Shown one piece after another: positions 30,485 through 41,425 of a stretch of DNA of 64,000 bases. Every line of letters begins with the position of its first letter. Position 1 is the stretch's first letter. The position numbers and the translations under genes were made by a program. Origin of the DNA: Candidatus Giovannonibacteria bacterium RIFCSPHIGHO2_12_FULL_44_22 (GTDB lineage Bacteria > Patescibacteriota > Minisyncoccia > UBA11713 > 2-01-FULL-45-33). The DNA lies in assembly GCA_001778695.1 (NCBI GenBank), contig MFHU01000003.1, positions 75,112-139,111 on the forward strand, written 5' to 3'. The notes beneath the pieces were generated by a model. That model did not search any database. It had not been told where the DNA came from and saw only the letters and a program-made list of their open reading frames with translations.

Positions 30485-31509
30485 TTCTTACTCAAAAAGT
30501 TGACAAGAATGATGATAATCTAGGTTTTTTTCATCGCTGGTTGGAGAAATTTGCCGAGAAAACGGGCAAGATTTTTGTCATCGCGAATTTTATCGGCGAG
30601 TATAATTTGCCGGCCAATGTTCAGGTTTTTTCTTTGGGTAAAGAAAAAAGATTGGGCAGAGTTAGGCGCTATATAAACTTTTATAAATATCTTTTTAAAA
30701 CTTTGCCCAAATCGGATGCCGTATTTGTGCATATGATTCCGGCTTGGGTGGTTTTAGTTTGGCCAGTGGCCGCGATTTATAGAAAAAAAATATATTTGTG
30801 GTATACGCACAAATCACTAACTTTTTCGCTTCGGCTTGCCGAAAAATTGGTTGCTAAAATTTTCACGGCTTCTCTTGAAAGCTGCCGTTTAAATTCTAAA
30901 AAAATCGCGGTTGTTGGCCATGGGATTGATACGGAACATTTTAAGCCCAAAGATTTTCCGCATGACCAGGGCGCGTTTAGACTTCTTAGTGTTGGCCGGG
31001 TAACTCCTTCCAAAGATTATGAATTTTTGTTGGAAGCCATGGAGGCTTTAAAAATCCGCGGCTATAGCGCGGTTTTAGATGTTGTGGGTGCTCCGATAAC
31101 CTCCGCAGATTTTAGCTATAAAAATAAGCTTGATGATTTAATTAAAAAGAGAGGATTGCAAAACATTGTCAATTTTATTGGACCAAAAATTTACGCAGAA
31201 ATTCCAGATGTTTATAACGGCCACGATTTATTGCTTCACGCAAGCGAAACCGGAAGCCTTGATAAAGCTGTTTTAGAAGCAATGGCTTGCGGTTTGCCGC
31301 CAGTAACAACCAACGAAGCTTTTAAGAATATTCTGGCGGCCCTGCCCGTCCGGCAGGCGGGGCGGTATGTGTCGCGCAAGAATAGCAGTGAAATGACAGG
31401 AAAAATTATCCAACTAAAAAACACTGGGAAAAATTTATCTTTGCGCGAAATAATAATACAAAACCATAACTTAAATAATTTGATTAAGAAAATTATGGAA
31501 AATTTATGA
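30466..31509 (+). CDS. GT4 glycosyltransferase
   Basis: HGIDT, SVGR, SETGSLDKAVLEAMACGLP. Confidence 0.88.
   Translation: MPKNILILTQKVDKNDDNLGFFHRWLEKFAEKTGKIFVIANFIGEYNLPANVQVFSLGKEKRLGRVRRYINFYKYLFKTLPKSDAVFVHMIPAWVVLVWPVAAIYRKKIYLWYTHKSLTFSLRLAEKLVAKIFTASLESCRLNSKKIAVVGHGIDTEHFKPKDFPHDQGAFRLLSVGRVTPSKDYEFLLEAMEALKIRGYSAVLDVVGAPITSADFSYKNKLDDLIKKRGLQNIVNFIGPKIYAEIPDVYNGHDLLLHASETGSLDKAVLEAMACGLPPVTTNEAFKNILAALPVRQAGRYVSRKNSSEMTGKIIQLKNTGKNLSLREIIIQNHNLNNLIKKIMENL
31341..31361. repeat. 21-bp CCTGCC-family hairpin in CDS (LPVRQAG)
   Basis: CCTGCCCGTCCGGCAGGCGGG. Confidence 0.8.
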
Positions 31510-32339
31510 GAGAAAAAATTCCATGCTCTATTGGTGTTCTCACTTTAAACTCGGGCGGCACTTTGAGGCGCTGTTTGGATTCGCTTAAAGATTTTACAGA
31601 AATCATAATTTGCGACGGCAATAGCACTGACAACACTTTGGAAATCGCCAGGGAGTATGGCGCCAAAATCGTAAAACAGTACGATTCCGATGAGCCGAAT
31701 TTGCGTTGTGAAAAAGACAAGGCCAATGTCCGGATGCGCAATATGCGAGCGGCTTCTTACGACTGGTATTTTTTTATGGATTCGGACGATATACTCCCCG
31801 ATGGAATTACGGAAGAGATTAGAAGCATAGTAACGAATCCTGGTCCGCAATTTTTAGTTTATCGTATGCCCGGGCGTATTTTTATTGATGGACGAGAGAT
31901 AAAACACGAAGCTAGTTACCCTTCGTATCAGACTAGATTGATAAACCGAAAAATCAATCCTTATTTCAAAGGCCGCGTGCATGACCGTCTGGAATTTGAC
32001 CGCAAAAAATATAAAGTAGGGGAATTAAAAAATTATTATGACTTTCATTGGTCAAAAGACCGGGTCCAAAATTATTGGAAGTATCTTAAAATGTATTCCG
32101 GTTGGGAGGCGGAAGTCGCTAACGGCGGGCCGTGGCTGGCATTTTTTTACTGGTGTGTTTATAAACGACTCCGCATCATCGCCGGATATCTCTATAGAAT
32201 TCCTTTAATGTATTTGCGGTACGGATTCCGGGATTCCATGCCTTTAAAACTTCAGCTTTTAACCTTGTGGTATCATTTTTATCTTTTATATTTATTTACC
32301 AAGAAGCAAATTTTTTATGTGCGCAATAAATGGGTTTAA
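31506..32339 (+). CDS. GT2 glycosyltransferase
   Basis: CDGNSTDNT, MDSDD. Confidence 0.88.
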   Translation: MREKIPCSIGVLTLNSGGTLRRCLDSLKDFTEIIICDGNSTDNTLEIAREYGAKIVKQYDSDEPNLRCEKDKANVRMRNMRAASYDWYFFMDSDDILPDGITEEIRSIVTNPGPQFLVYRMPGRIFIDGREIKHEASYPSYQTRLINRKINPYFKGRVHDRLEFDRKKYKVGELKNYYDFHWSKDRVQNYWKYLKMYSGWEAEVANGGPWLAFFYWCVYKRLRIIAGYLYRIPLMYLRYGFRDSMPLKLQLLTLWYHFYLLYLFTKKQIFYVRNKWV

Positions 32340-34137
32340 CTTCAAAGACGAGGGGCTGATCTTGAAAATGAATCAGGCAACGCGCCACAGGGGCCCAGAC
32401 GGCACAGGAATTTTTTTGGGCGAAAAAATTTCTTTAGGGCATAATCGCTTAAGCATAATTGACTTGAGCGATGCCGCAAATCAGCCTATGTTTTCCTCCG
32501 ACGGCAATTTAGTGATTAGTTTTAACGGAGAAATTTATAATTTCCGCGAGATTAAAAGAGAATTTGAAGATTTTTATAAATTTAAAACCAATAGCGACAC
32601 GGAAGTTATTTTAGCCGCTTATCAAAAATGGGGCGCCGAATTCGTTAAAAAATTAAACGGGATTTTTGCTTTTGTAATTTGGGACAAAACTAAAGAAGAA
32701 TTATTTTTAGCGAGAGACCACATAGGCTTGAAGCCTTTATATTATTTTTTGGATGGCGATAGATTTATTTTTTCTTCTGAAATTAAAGCTATTTTGGAGC
32801 ATGATGTGCCTCGGAAGCTCAACCGCGAAGCATTTAATATTTATTTAAGAACGCTTTACGCGCCGGCGCCGCTCACTATGTTTGAAGGAATTTATAAATT
32901 CCCGCAGGCGCATTATGGCGTTTTCTCCGCCAAAGGCGGATCTGCCTCGGGCGGAAAAAATGGCGAATTTAAACTCACAAAATATTGGGAAATTCCAGTA
33001 ATAAAATATTTTGATACTCCTTTTAAAATTTTGGCGAAAAATTTGCGCGGTGAAATTTTAAAAAGCGTGGAGCGGCAATTAATTTCCGACCGGCCGATCG
33101 GGCTTTACCTTTCCGGCGGGATTGATTCCAGCGCGGTGCTAGATGCTATGCATGAATTTAGAAACAATATTGATACTTTTTCAGTGGGCTTTGAATTGCC
33201 TAATAAAGATGACGAAAATAAATTCAACCAGGATTTTTATTTGGCCAAGCGCACGGCGGCGCTCTATGGGACCAGGCACCATGAAATTTTATTGGAAGAA
33301 AAAGAAGTGCTGAATCTTTGGGAAAAAGTTTTTTTACAGCTTGACGAGCCGATTGCCAACTCCACTGCCATCCCGATGATGAAATTAGCCGAATTCACCA
33401 AGGGCCATGGGGTAGATGTGGTTTTGGGAGGCGACGGCGGGGACGAACTTTTCGGAGGGTACGAAAGATACAGATTGAGCAGAATTATTGGCTATTTCCC
33501 AAAAATATTGTCATTTTTGCCAAAGGGAGTGGACATATTTTCCCGTTTTATGTTTCAAAAAGATCCTGTTTTAAATGAAGTTTTGCAAAAAAAGTTTTTT
33601 GACAGAGAAGTTTCAAGATCGTTTTTTGAAGAACGCTATTTTAAAGAAAATCCGTTCAAAACTTTTGAGGAACTTTTTATGGACGTGGACAGGCGGACGT
33701 GGCTTGTTGATGAGTCGCTAATGCGGACGGATAAAATGTCTATGTTCTCGGCGGTTGAGGCGAGGGCGCCTCTTTTGGACAAAAATCTTATTGAATTCGC
33801 GGCGAAAATTCCCAGAAAATACAAAGTCAGCGCATTCAACACAAAAATTATTTTAAAAGAGGCGTTTATGGGACGGATTCCGGATTTTTTATTATCCCAG
33901 CCGAAACGTGGCTGGTTTTCTCCGGCGGCCAAATGGTTGAGGAACCCCCAAATTCATGCTACCGCTAAAAATATTCTCTCCAAAAATTATTACGCCGAAA
34001 CCGCGCCTATATTTAATTGGGAAAATGTTGATAAAATTCTAAAAGACCATATTGAAGGCAGAAGATACAACCTCACAATTTTGTGGGCGTTGATTAATTT
34101 TCAAGTTTGGGCGAAACTCTATAAAGTTAAATTATGA
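32317..34137 (+). CDS. asnB: Asparagine synthase (glutamine-hydrolysing) family amidotransferase
   Basis: N-terminal Cys, HRGPD, RLSIIDL, FNGEIYN, LSGGIDSS, GDGGDELFGGY. Confidence 0.93.
   Translation: MCAINGFNFKDEGLILKMNQATRHRGPDGTGIFLGEKISLGHNRLSIIDLSDAANQPMFSSDGNLVISFNGEIYNFREIKREFEDFYKFKTNSDTEVILAAYQKWGAEFVKKLNGIFAFVIWDKTKEELFLARDHIGLKPLYYFLDGDRFIFSSEIKAILEHDVPRKLNREAFNIYLRTLYAPAPLTMFEGIYKFPQAHYGVFSAKGGSASGGKNGEFKLTKYWEIPVIKYFDTPFKILAKNLRGEILKSVERQLISDRPIGLYLSGGIDSSAVLDAMHEFRNNIDTFSVGFELPNKDDENKFNQDFYLAKRTAALYGTRHHEILLEEKEVLNLWEKVFLQLDEPIANSTAIPMMKLAEFTKGHGVDVVLGGDGGDELFGGYERYRLSRIIGYFPKILSFLPKGVDIFSRFMFQKDPVLNEVLQKKFFDREVSRSFFEERYFKENPFKTFEELFMDVDRRTWLVDESLMRTDKMSMFSAVEARAPLLDKNLIEFAAKIPRKYKVSAFNTKIILKEAFMGRIPDFLLSQPKRGWFSPAAKWLRNPQIHATAKNILSKNYYAETAPIFNWENVDKILKDHIEGRRYNLTILWALINFQVWAKLYKVKL
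32926..32955. repeat. 30-bp hairpin inside asnB, encodes SAKGGSASGG
   Basis: TCCGCCAAAGGCGGATCTGCCTCGGGCGGA; same family as gatA insert. Confidence 0.85.
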
Positions 34138-35246
34138 AAAAGCTTGTTTATATTGCCAACGCCCGCATTCCCACTGAAAAAGCGCACGGGATCCAGATTA
34201 TGAAAATGTGCGAGGCATTCTCTGCTCAAGTGGTTGATGTTGAGTTGGTATTGCCTAGGCGCTTAAATCGCATTAAAGAAAATCCGTTTGATTATTACGG
34301 CGTTAAAAAGAATTTTAAAATCACCAAACTGCCCACTATAGATTTTATTACTTTAGGCCTAGGACAGATAGGATTTTTTCTCGAGACTTTTATATTTCTA
34401 ATTGCGTCTAGAATCTATTTATTTTTTAGAAGCTACGATATTTTATATACGCGCGAAGAGTGGGCTGGACTGTTTTTTAGAGATTTTGGCGTAGAAATTC
34501 ATTCTTTGCCGGCTAGACCGAGTTTTTTACATAAAAAAACCTGGCGGAAAGCCAAAGCAATTTTTACGCTTACCAGCTTTTTAAAAAATGAGCTTATAAA
34601 ATTCGGCGTTTCGGAAAATAAAATTCTAATCTTGCCGGATGCGGTGGATTTAGCTAAATTTGACATAAAAATTTCCAAAGAGGAGGCAAGAGAAAAACTA
34701 AACTTACCGCAGGACAAAAAAATTATTTTATACATCGGAAGTTTTTATCTTTACGATTGGAAGGGAACCGATGTATTATTGGAAGCTGCAAAGAATTTTG
34801 GAGAAGATTTTTTGTTTTTGCTTGTCGGAGGTTCAGAAAAGGAAATCTCAAATCTCAAATCGCAAGTCACAAATCTCAAAAATATTAAGTTTATTGGCCA
34901 TAAGCCATATGCCGAAATTCCAAATTATTTAAAATCCGCCGATATTTTAGTCTTGCCGAATAAAGCTGGGCACAAAATGTCGGAGAAACATACTTCGCCA
35001 CTCAAACTTTTTGAATACATGGCTTCAGGGCGGCCTATTGTGGCATCGGATTTGCTGTCTCTTCGTGAAATTCTCACGGAACAGGAGGCAATATTTTTCA
35101 AACCGGACGACCCATTAGATTTAGCGCTCAAGATTAAAGAAATTTTAGTCAACCAAAGTTTGGCCGAGCAAATATCTCAAAACGCCCGTGAAAAAGTTCA
35201 AAACTACACCTGGCAAAACCGCGCCCATCGCGCATTGATTTTTTGA
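34134..35246 (+). CDS. GT4 glycosyltransferase
   Basis: SPLKLFEYMASGRPIV. Confidence 0.9.
   Translation: MKKLVYIANARIPTEKAHGIQIMKMCEAFSAQVVDVELVLPRRLNRIKENPFDYYGVKKNFKITKLPTIDFITLGLGQIGFFLETFIFLIASRIYLFFRSYDILYTREEWAGLFFRDFGVEIHSLPARPSFLHKKTWRKAKAIFTLTSFLKNELIKFGVSENKILILPDAVDLAKFDIKISKEEAREKLNLPQDKKIILYIGSFYLYDWKGTDVLLEAAKNFGEDFLFLLVGGSEKEISNLKSQVTNLKNIKFIGHKPYAEIPNYLKSADILVLPNKAGHKMSEKHTSPLKLFEYMASGRPIVASDLLSLREILTEQEAIFFKPDDPLDLALKIKEILVNQSLAEQISQNAREKVQNYTWQNRAHRALIF
34843..34877 (+). repeat. Degenerate heptamer tandem repeat (5 x AAATCTC-like) in CDS
   Basis: AAATCTC AAATCTC AAATCGC AAGTCAC AAATCTC. Confidence 0.7.
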
Positions 35247-35368
35247 GTGAACTCACTCCCGGCTATTTATTTTTTCTAAATTTTAGTGCCAAAACCACGT
35301 AAAGAGAATCAAAAATATCGCGCATAGAAACTTGCTTTGAGCAAATTTTGTTATATTATTGTACCAAT

Positions 35369-36082
35369 ATGTCTAAAGTCGATACCGCTGTTATTTTAGC
35401 CGGAGGCAAGGGGCTTCGTTTAAGGCCTGAGACTATAGACAAGCCTAAGGCCATGGTGAGGGTTGCCGGTAAACCCATAATTGAATGGGTTATTCTTTGG
35501 CTTAAAAAAAATGGCATCAAAAATATTGTTTTGAGCGTGGATTACAAAAAGGAAACCCTAGCGAGTCATTTAGGAGACGGCCGTGGCTTCGGAGTTAAAA
35601 TAATTTATAATCACCACAAGGGGGCAAAAGATACCGGGGACGCTTTTCGGAGTGTTTTTAAAAATATAAATCTTCCGGAAACTTTTATCGCGATGAACGG
35701 AGACCAAATAACCAACCTTTCTATTAAAAAATTAGTCGCGCATCATGAAAAGTACCGACCGATTGCCACTGTGGCAGTTTGTCCTATGAAAAGCCCTTTC
35801 GGCATTGTGCATCTAGATGAGAATCATACTATTAGAGCTTTCCATGAAAAGCCGATTTTATATGATAAGCTTATGAATACAGGTATTTACATTTTTGAAC
35901 GCGGGATTCATCATTATTTGCCAAAACATGGAGCAATTGAAAAGACCACTTTTAAGAAATTAGTTAGGGAGAAGCAACTCAATGCTTATGCCCATCGCGG
36001 TTTTTTTAGCACAGTAAACGACCACAAAGACTTGGCATCCACAGAAGAAATTTTAAAAAGAGCAAAGCTTAATTTCATATGA
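35369..36082 (+). CDS. NDP-sugar nucleotidyltransferase
   Basis: AVILAGGKGLRLRP..KPK, NGD; probable start ATG 35369. Confidence 0.9.
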   Translation: MSKVDTAVILAGGKGLRLRPETIDKPKAMVRVAGKPIIEWVILWLKKNGIKNIVLSVDYKKETLASHLGDGRGFGVKIIYNHHKGAKDTGDAFRSVFKNINLPETFIAMNGDQITNLSIKKLVAHHEKYRPIATVAVCPMKSPFGIVHLDENHTIRAFHEKPILYDKLMNTGIYIFERGIHHYLPKHGAIEKTTFKKLVREKQLNAYAHRGFFSTVNDHKDLASTEEILKRAKLNFI

Positions 36083-37029
36083 GAATTCTTATTACCGGCG
36101 TTACTGGTTTTATCGGAAGCGAGCTCGCGCGGGAGCTCTTAAAAACAGGGGAGTATGAACTTGCCGGGCTGGTTCGCGCCACCTCTGACAGGGGTCATCT
36201 GGACAATATAGCCGATTTGGCGTCAAAACTTCAGCTTTTTTACGCCAACTTCACGGATTGGCACGCTATCCAGCAAGTTGTGCGCTCTTTTCGGCCGAGC
36301 GTAATTTTTCATCTCGGCGCCCAAACTGCAGTCAGGCAGTCTTTTGAACTTTCGCACGAATTCAACGAGACAAATTTTTTGGGGACGATAAATCTCGCGC
36401 ACGCGGCTTTGGAGGTCTCGAATTTCAAGAAATTCATTTTCGCGTCTACAATGGAGGTCTATGGCTGGCAGAAAATCAGGAAAGCATTCAAGGAAGAAAC
36501 AATTTTGTGTCCTGCAAGCCCCTACGCCGTTTCCAAGGCCGCTTCGGAATATTATCTAGAAATGGCGGCAAAAGCCTACGGCTTGCCTTATTTGATTTCT
36601 CGGGCTTGCAATACCTACGGTCGGAAACATAATACGGGATTCATCGTGGAATATCTGATAACAACAATGCTCGCCGGCAAAGATGTTTATATCGGCACTC
36701 CAAAAGCCGTACGGGATATGATGTACGCGAAAGACCATGTAAGTGCCTATTTGAAACTTTTAAAAACTCCTTTAATAAATCAGACTTTCAATTTCGGCAC
36801 CAGTTCCAAAACTAAAATGCTGGATCTCGCCATAAAAATTAAACAGAAGCTTAATTTTAAGGGCAAAATTATTTCCCACTTTCCCGCGAATTATCCGTAT
36901 CGTCCGGTGGCGGAAGAATTTCTTTCAATTGACGCGTCCAAAGCCAAACGCCTTTTGAAATGGAAACCTAAATATTCTTTGGATAAAGGTTTGGACAAAA
37001 CCATCGCTTATTGGAAAAAACAAATTTAA
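36079..37029 (+). CDS. NAD-dependent sugar epimerase/dehydratase
   Basis: GVTGFIG, STMEVYG, YAVSK. Confidence 0.9.
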   Translation: MRILITGVTGFIGSELARELLKTGEYELAGLVRATSDRGHLDNIADLASKLQLFYANFTDWHAIQQVVRSFRPSVIFHLGAQTAVRQSFELSHEFNETNFLGTINLAHAALEVSNFKKFIFASTMEVYGWQKIRKAFKEETILCPASPYAVSKAASEYYLEMAAKAYGLPYLISRACNTYGRKHNTGFIVEYLITTMLAGKDVYIGTPKAVRDMMYAKDHVSAYLKLLKTPLINQTFNFGTSSKTKMLDLAIKIKQKLNFKGKIISHFPANYPYRPVAEEFLSIDASKAKRLLKWKPKYSLDKGLDKTIAYWKKQI

Positions 37030-37030
37030 A

Positions 37031-37771
37031 CTAAAACACGCTAAAAATATGTTTTATACGCTGGAGAAATCCCCAAAAGACAGGGTTCATATAAGAAAAA
37101 AATTGTTTATGGTAGCGGAGAGTGGATTCTTTCGGACTTTTTTCGTAGTGTATAGGTATTTCTAAAAAAGTGGCTCCACGGAAATAAGCTTTGATAGGAA
37201 GCTCCACATGGAACCCAAAGCCGTTGTTTTCAATTTTAATATCTGTAACTTTCTTTAGGCGGTAGAGCTTGAAGCCCGTAGTTAAATCATTTACTGGGAG
37301 GCCAGTTAGAACCCTTGCAAATACGTTATAAAAACGGCTCAAAAAACGCCGTTGCGAACTTAAAGTAGCGCTTCCGCCTTTCACGAATCTGGAGCCAATG
37401 ATAATATCAGCTTTCTCGCGAGAGTCAAAGAGTTGCCTGATATCCTCAGGATTATGGGAAAGATCGCAGTCCATGATTAGAAAAAAATTTCCAGCAGCAT
37501 TTTTAATGCCTTCTTTTAGAGAACTCCCAAGGTCTTTGGAAGAGCGGTTGTAGCGCTGGATTACTTTAAGGCGCGGTTCGGTTTTGGCAAGTGCCGCGGC
37601 GATATCTCCAGTACGGTCAGCGCTGTGATTATTCAAAAAAATCAATTCACCGTCTATGTCATATTTTTTAAAAATCTCCAGCACTTGCCTTAGAATGGCC
37701 TCAACGCGAGCTTCCTCGTTTAAAGCAGAGATGATCACGGAAAGAACAGGATGATGGTTAAATGAGTTCAT
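37031..37771 (-). CDS. GT2 polyprenol-phosphate glycosyltransferase (DPM1-like)
   Basis: MDCDLSH, GSRF, DLTTGFK. Confidence 0.85.
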   Translation of the reverse strand: MNSFNHHPVLSVIISALNEEARVEAILRQVLEIFKKYDIDGELIFLNNHSADRTGDIAAALAKTEPRLKVIQRYNRSSKDLGSSLKEGIKNAAGNFFLIMDCDLSHNPEDIRQLFDSREKADIIIGSRFVKGGSATLSSQRRFLSRFYNVFARVLTGLPVNDLTTGFKLYRLKKVTDIKIENNGFGFHVELPIKAYFRGATFLEIPIHYEKSPKESTLRYHKQFFSYMNPVFWGFLQRIKHIFSVF

Positions 37772-39436
37772 TTATGGAGTAGAGTTTAGTTGGTATATTT
37801 CTATTCTAGGCCCTAAACTCTCTAATTTAAATAGACCCAAGGGATTACCAAAATTTCCGTCTCTTAGGTCATATTCTTTCTGCATGTCGCCGAAAGATTT
37901 TACTAAAACAGAATTTTTTGTAAGCACTTTAAGTTGATTGGTCCTTGCATTGTCGCCCGGCGGGTAAGTCGAATCCAAAAAAAGGTATTTGTAGTTATTA
38001 ATTCGCGCGTAATTCATAATATTTTTATAAAAATCATCATTGTTTACCGAGTAGAGATTTAAGACATGAAAATTTGTATAGCCGTGCGGGCTTTCTGCAA
38101 AATTCATTTCAGCATAATCTATTTGTCTCAAGGAAGCGGGGTCAAGAGCTTGCTGTTCTGCGATTGCTTTTTTGGTTGAAGCGAATCTTGTCATGTCGGC
38201 ATAAACCATGATTTTAGTATTTGTTTGCAAATTGGATTCCGCCCATTTTCTAGCTTGTATGCGCGAGTCATTTTTTAGCGCTAGCCAATCAAGCCGTAGA
38301 GAGACCGCGAGCTGCGTCATTAATAAAAGCAAAATAAAACCCGCGACAAAAGTTTTGCGCTGGATGAGCTGTGTTGCTGAATAAAGCCCGTAACCAGCCA
38401 AGATCGCTACTATTGGGAAAAGATAAATTGTAAAGCGCTGTTCATAATGAAATACGAGATAAAATACGCTGACGTAGGAAAAGATGTAAATTAATGCCGT
38501 CCAGAAAAAATTTCTAGCTTTGATGTAACCAAAAATAAATCCCACGGCAGCAAATATCGTTAAAATGGGTTCTGAATATAACTGCGGCTTAAAGAATTGG
38601 CTTGCGTTAACTAAAAATCCATAAATGGATTTGCCTTCTTTTATGGAATTGCCGCTGGCTAAGTGGAAGCCATAAGGATAGACGACGATAGATATAGCGG
38701 CAAGAACAAGGAAAGTGAGGAGGCATATATAAAGAATTTTTTCTTTAAACGCATCAAAGATAGAATATTTTTCGTGGCAAAGATACCAATAGAGCATAAA
38801 AAGCATTGAGAATGCGGCAATCGGGCTTATGCCAAACGCAACTCCGGATATCACTGTGCCGAATAGGTATCTTTTTTTAAAAGACATGTCTGGTTGAGTT
38901 ATAAAAAACATCACCAAGGCAAAAAGAAAAACAGCCGGCAACCAATCCCTAGCAACAAAAGAAAGGTAAATGTGCAGGGCGCTGAAAGCCAGAAGGGTTG
39001 CAGAGAGTAAGGCGAGAAGTTCTGTTTTAAAGATATTTTTAGAGATTTTATAAACAAGCCATACAGTGAGAGTTCCCAGTATTACATTTATAATCCTGGC
39101 TATAATAAAAAAATACGAGAGATCGCTTACTATGTAATTTTTAAATTCCAAGAGGGAGCCGCTAAAAAATAAATATTTTAGGCTAAGCAATAAGCTAAAA
39201 GGAATTAAATAAATATACGACAAGTATGGCGGGAAATATAATGTAGGTTGAAATTCGTTTTGGTGTAAAACCGGCAGCACCGTTTTAAGCTCCAACATCT
39301 TTAGGGCAGCAGCGACAAATGGCGGCTCATCGCCGATTAGCCAGAGAGGAAGGCCGTAACTTACGCCCGCGATTCTTATCAGAAATGCCAAAGCCAGAAT
39401 AAAAATCAGCCATTTTTGGGGCGAAATTTTAAACAT
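37772..39436 (-). CDS. GT-C (ArnT/PMT-like) membrane glycosyltransferase
   Basis: TM1 followed by GDE acidic motif, YFPP, many TM helices, soluble C-terminus. Confidence 0.75.
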   Translation of the reverse strand: MFKISPQKWLIFILALAFLIRIAGVSYGLPLWLIGDEPPFVAAALKMLELKTVLPVLHQNEFQPTLYFPPYLSYIYLIPFSLLLSLKYLFFSGSLLEFKNYIVSDLSYFFIIARIINVILGTLTVWLVYKISKNIFKTELLALLSATLLAFSALHIYLSFVARDWLPAVFLFALVMFFITQPDMSFKKRYLFGTVISGVAFGISPIAAFSMLFMLYWYLCHEKYSIFDAFKEKILYICLLTFLVLAAISIVVYPYGFHLASGNSIKEGKSIYGFLVNASQFFKPQLYSEPILTIFAAVGFIFGYIKARNFFWTALIYIFSYVSVFYLVFHYEQRFTIYLFPIVAILAGYGLYSATQLIQRKTFVAGFILLLLMTQLAVSLRLDWLALKNDSRIQARKWAESNLQTNTKIMVYADMTRFASTKKAIAEQQALDPASLRQIDYAEMNFAESPHGYTNFHVLNLYSVNNDDFYKNIMNYARINNYKYLFLDSTYPPGDNARTNQLKVLTKNSVLVKSFGDMQKEYDLRDGNFGNPLGLFKLESLGPRIEIYQLNSTP

Positions 39437-39479
39437 AGTTAAATTTACTATATATAAAATTTAGTTTATAATCCATAGC

Positions 39480-40184
39480 ATGCCTAAACTGTCTATTATC
39501 ATTCCAGCTTACAACGAAAAGAATACTGTTGCTGAAATAATAAGAAGAGTGAAAAAGGTTGATCTTGGTGATGTAGAAAAAGAAATTATTATAGTTGATG
39601 ACGGTTCTACGGATGGAACCAGAGAAATTTTGGAGAATTTAGGAAAAACCGGAAAATACAAAATTATTTATCAAGAAAAAAATCAAGGCAAAGGCGCTGC
39701 AATTCGGCGCGGCTTTAAAGAAGTCACCGGAGATTTTGTGATTATCCAGGACGCCGACCTGGAGTACGATCCTAATGAATATAAAATCTTGCTTCAGCCG
39801 CTTTTGGACAAAAACGCCGATGTTGTCTACGGCTCCAGATTTATGGGGGCTTCGGCTCACCGCGTTTTGTTTTTTTGGCATTACGTTGGCAACAAAATTC
39901 TTACTGCGCTTTCCAATATTTTGACAGACCTCAATTTAACCGACATGGAGACCGGGTATAAGGCTTTCCGCCGTGAAGCGCTTTTTAAAATTTTGCCTAA
40001 GCTCAAAAGCGACCGTTTCGGGATTGAGCCGGAGCTCACCGCCAGAGTCGCGCGCGCGGGATTCCGTGTTTACGAAGTCGGGATTTCTTACAATGGCCGC
40101 ACTTACGCAGAAGGCAAAAAAATCAGCTGGCGTGACGGTCTCTCCGCCATCTGGGCGATTATCAGATTTAATTTATTTGATTGA
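39480..40184 (+). CDS. GT2 glycosyltransferase (DPM1-like)
   Basis: [29 protein letters not shown]. Confidence 0.92.
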   Translation: MPKLSIIIPAYNEKNTVAEIIRRVKKVDLGDVEKEIIIVDDGSTDGTREILENLGKTGKYKIIYQEKNQGKGAAIRRGFKEVTGDFVIIQDADLEYDPNEYKILLQPLLDKNADVVYGSRFMGASAHRVLFFWHYVGNKILTALSNILTDLNLTDMETGYKAFRREALFKILPKLKSDRFGIEPELTARVARAGFRVYEVGISYNGRTYAEGKKISWRDGLSAIWAIIRFNLFD

Positions 40185-41425
40185 TTTTGGACTGGCTTAA
40201 AACTCATAAAACCGAGATTTGGATTTTTCTTCTGGCGTTCGGGGTGCGTTTTTTATATGCGATTTTTGTGCAAATCAAATTCGGGTCGCAAGGGTTTTTG
40301 GCTTACTCGGACGCATTTTCTTTTTATTTGCCTTTGGCAAAAAATTTGGTTGAGAACCATATTTTCAGCATGAGCTCCGTTCCGCCGTATGTATCGGACG
40401 CCTACCGCACGCCGCTTTACCCGCTTTTTTGGGCCGTTTTTTTGTGGTTTAAGCTGCCATTTTTTGTAGTTATTTTTGCGCAGAATATTTTGGCTGGATT
40501 TATGTCCGTTTTGATTTACAGAATCGGTCTGATGATGTTTAACTCAAAAAATATTAGTTTATTCGCGGCCGTTTTAATGAGTGTTGAGCCGATGTCTATT
40601 TACTGGAATAATCTTTTAATGTCTGATTATTTATTCGCCTTTTTATTTATTTTTGCTTTTTATATATTTGTTTCTGGGCATTATTATTTGTTCGCTTTAT
40701 TTTTCGGCTTAGCAACGCTTACCCGCTCAATCGGCATGTATATTTTCCCGCTGTTTTTAGTTACGATGTTGTGGAGAAAAATAGGTTGGAGGAAGATTAT
40801 TCTAACCGCTTTGATATTTTTAGCCATGCTTTTCCCATGGATGCTAAGAAATAAAATTGTTTTTGATACATGGCAATTATCCTCCGCTTCCTGGTATAAT
40901 CTTTACGGCGTTGTTACGCAGATATTCGCGGATAAAGAAGGGTTTATATTGCCGCGCCCGCAATCTTTGCCCTACGATCTAGCAAGCGTGCCATTTTATA
41001 AACAACATTTTTTTGAAATTTTCAAAGAAAAGCCACTGTCCTATGTTAAATTTTACATATCAGTTGTTTCGCGCTCTTTCTTTAAAAATCCTTACATGTA
41101 TCTTTCAGAATATGTTATAAAACCCAAATTTCCCCAATTTTTTTACGGATTTACGCTGCTACTTATCAATTTCGCGGTCGTTGTCGGCGGATTATTTTTA
41201 GTAGCAATTTATACTTTTGCTTTTTTGGGTTGGTTATCCAAAGATGCGAGACTGTGGTTTTCTTTAATATTTTTTATTATCTTCTTCAATGCTTTTTCTT
41301 TGGGCGCCCTTGGTTTAGGCGCAGATATGAGCCGCTATATGTTGCCTTTAACGCCGTTTACGTTCCTTTTCGCTGGCGCCGGATTTAATTTAATAGTTAA
41401 TAAGTATTCGTCATGGCCGATATAG
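40181..41425 (+). CDS. GT-C membrane glycosyltransferase
   Basis: [10 protein letters not shown], multi-TM. Confidence 0.72.
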   Translation: MILDWLKTHKTEIWIFLLAFGVRFLYAIFVQIKFGSQGFLAYSDAFSFYLPLAKNLVENHIFSMSSVPPYVSDAYRTPLYPLFWAVFLWFKLPFFVVIFAQNILAGFMSVLIYRIGLMMFNSKNISLFAAVLMSVEPMSIYWNNLLMSDYLFAFLFIFAFYIFVSGHYYLFALFFGLATLTRSIGMYIFPLFLVTMLWRKIGWRKIILTALIFLAMLFPWMLRNKIVFDTWQLSSASWYNLYGVVTQIFADKEGFILPRPQSLPYDLASVPFYKQHFFEIFKEKPLSYVKFYISVVSRSFFKNPYMYLSEYVIKPKFPQFFYGFTLLLINFAVVVGGLFLVAIYTFAFLGWLSKDARLWFSLIFFIIFFNAFSLGALGLGADMSRYMLPLTPFTFLFAGAGFNLIVNKYSSWPI

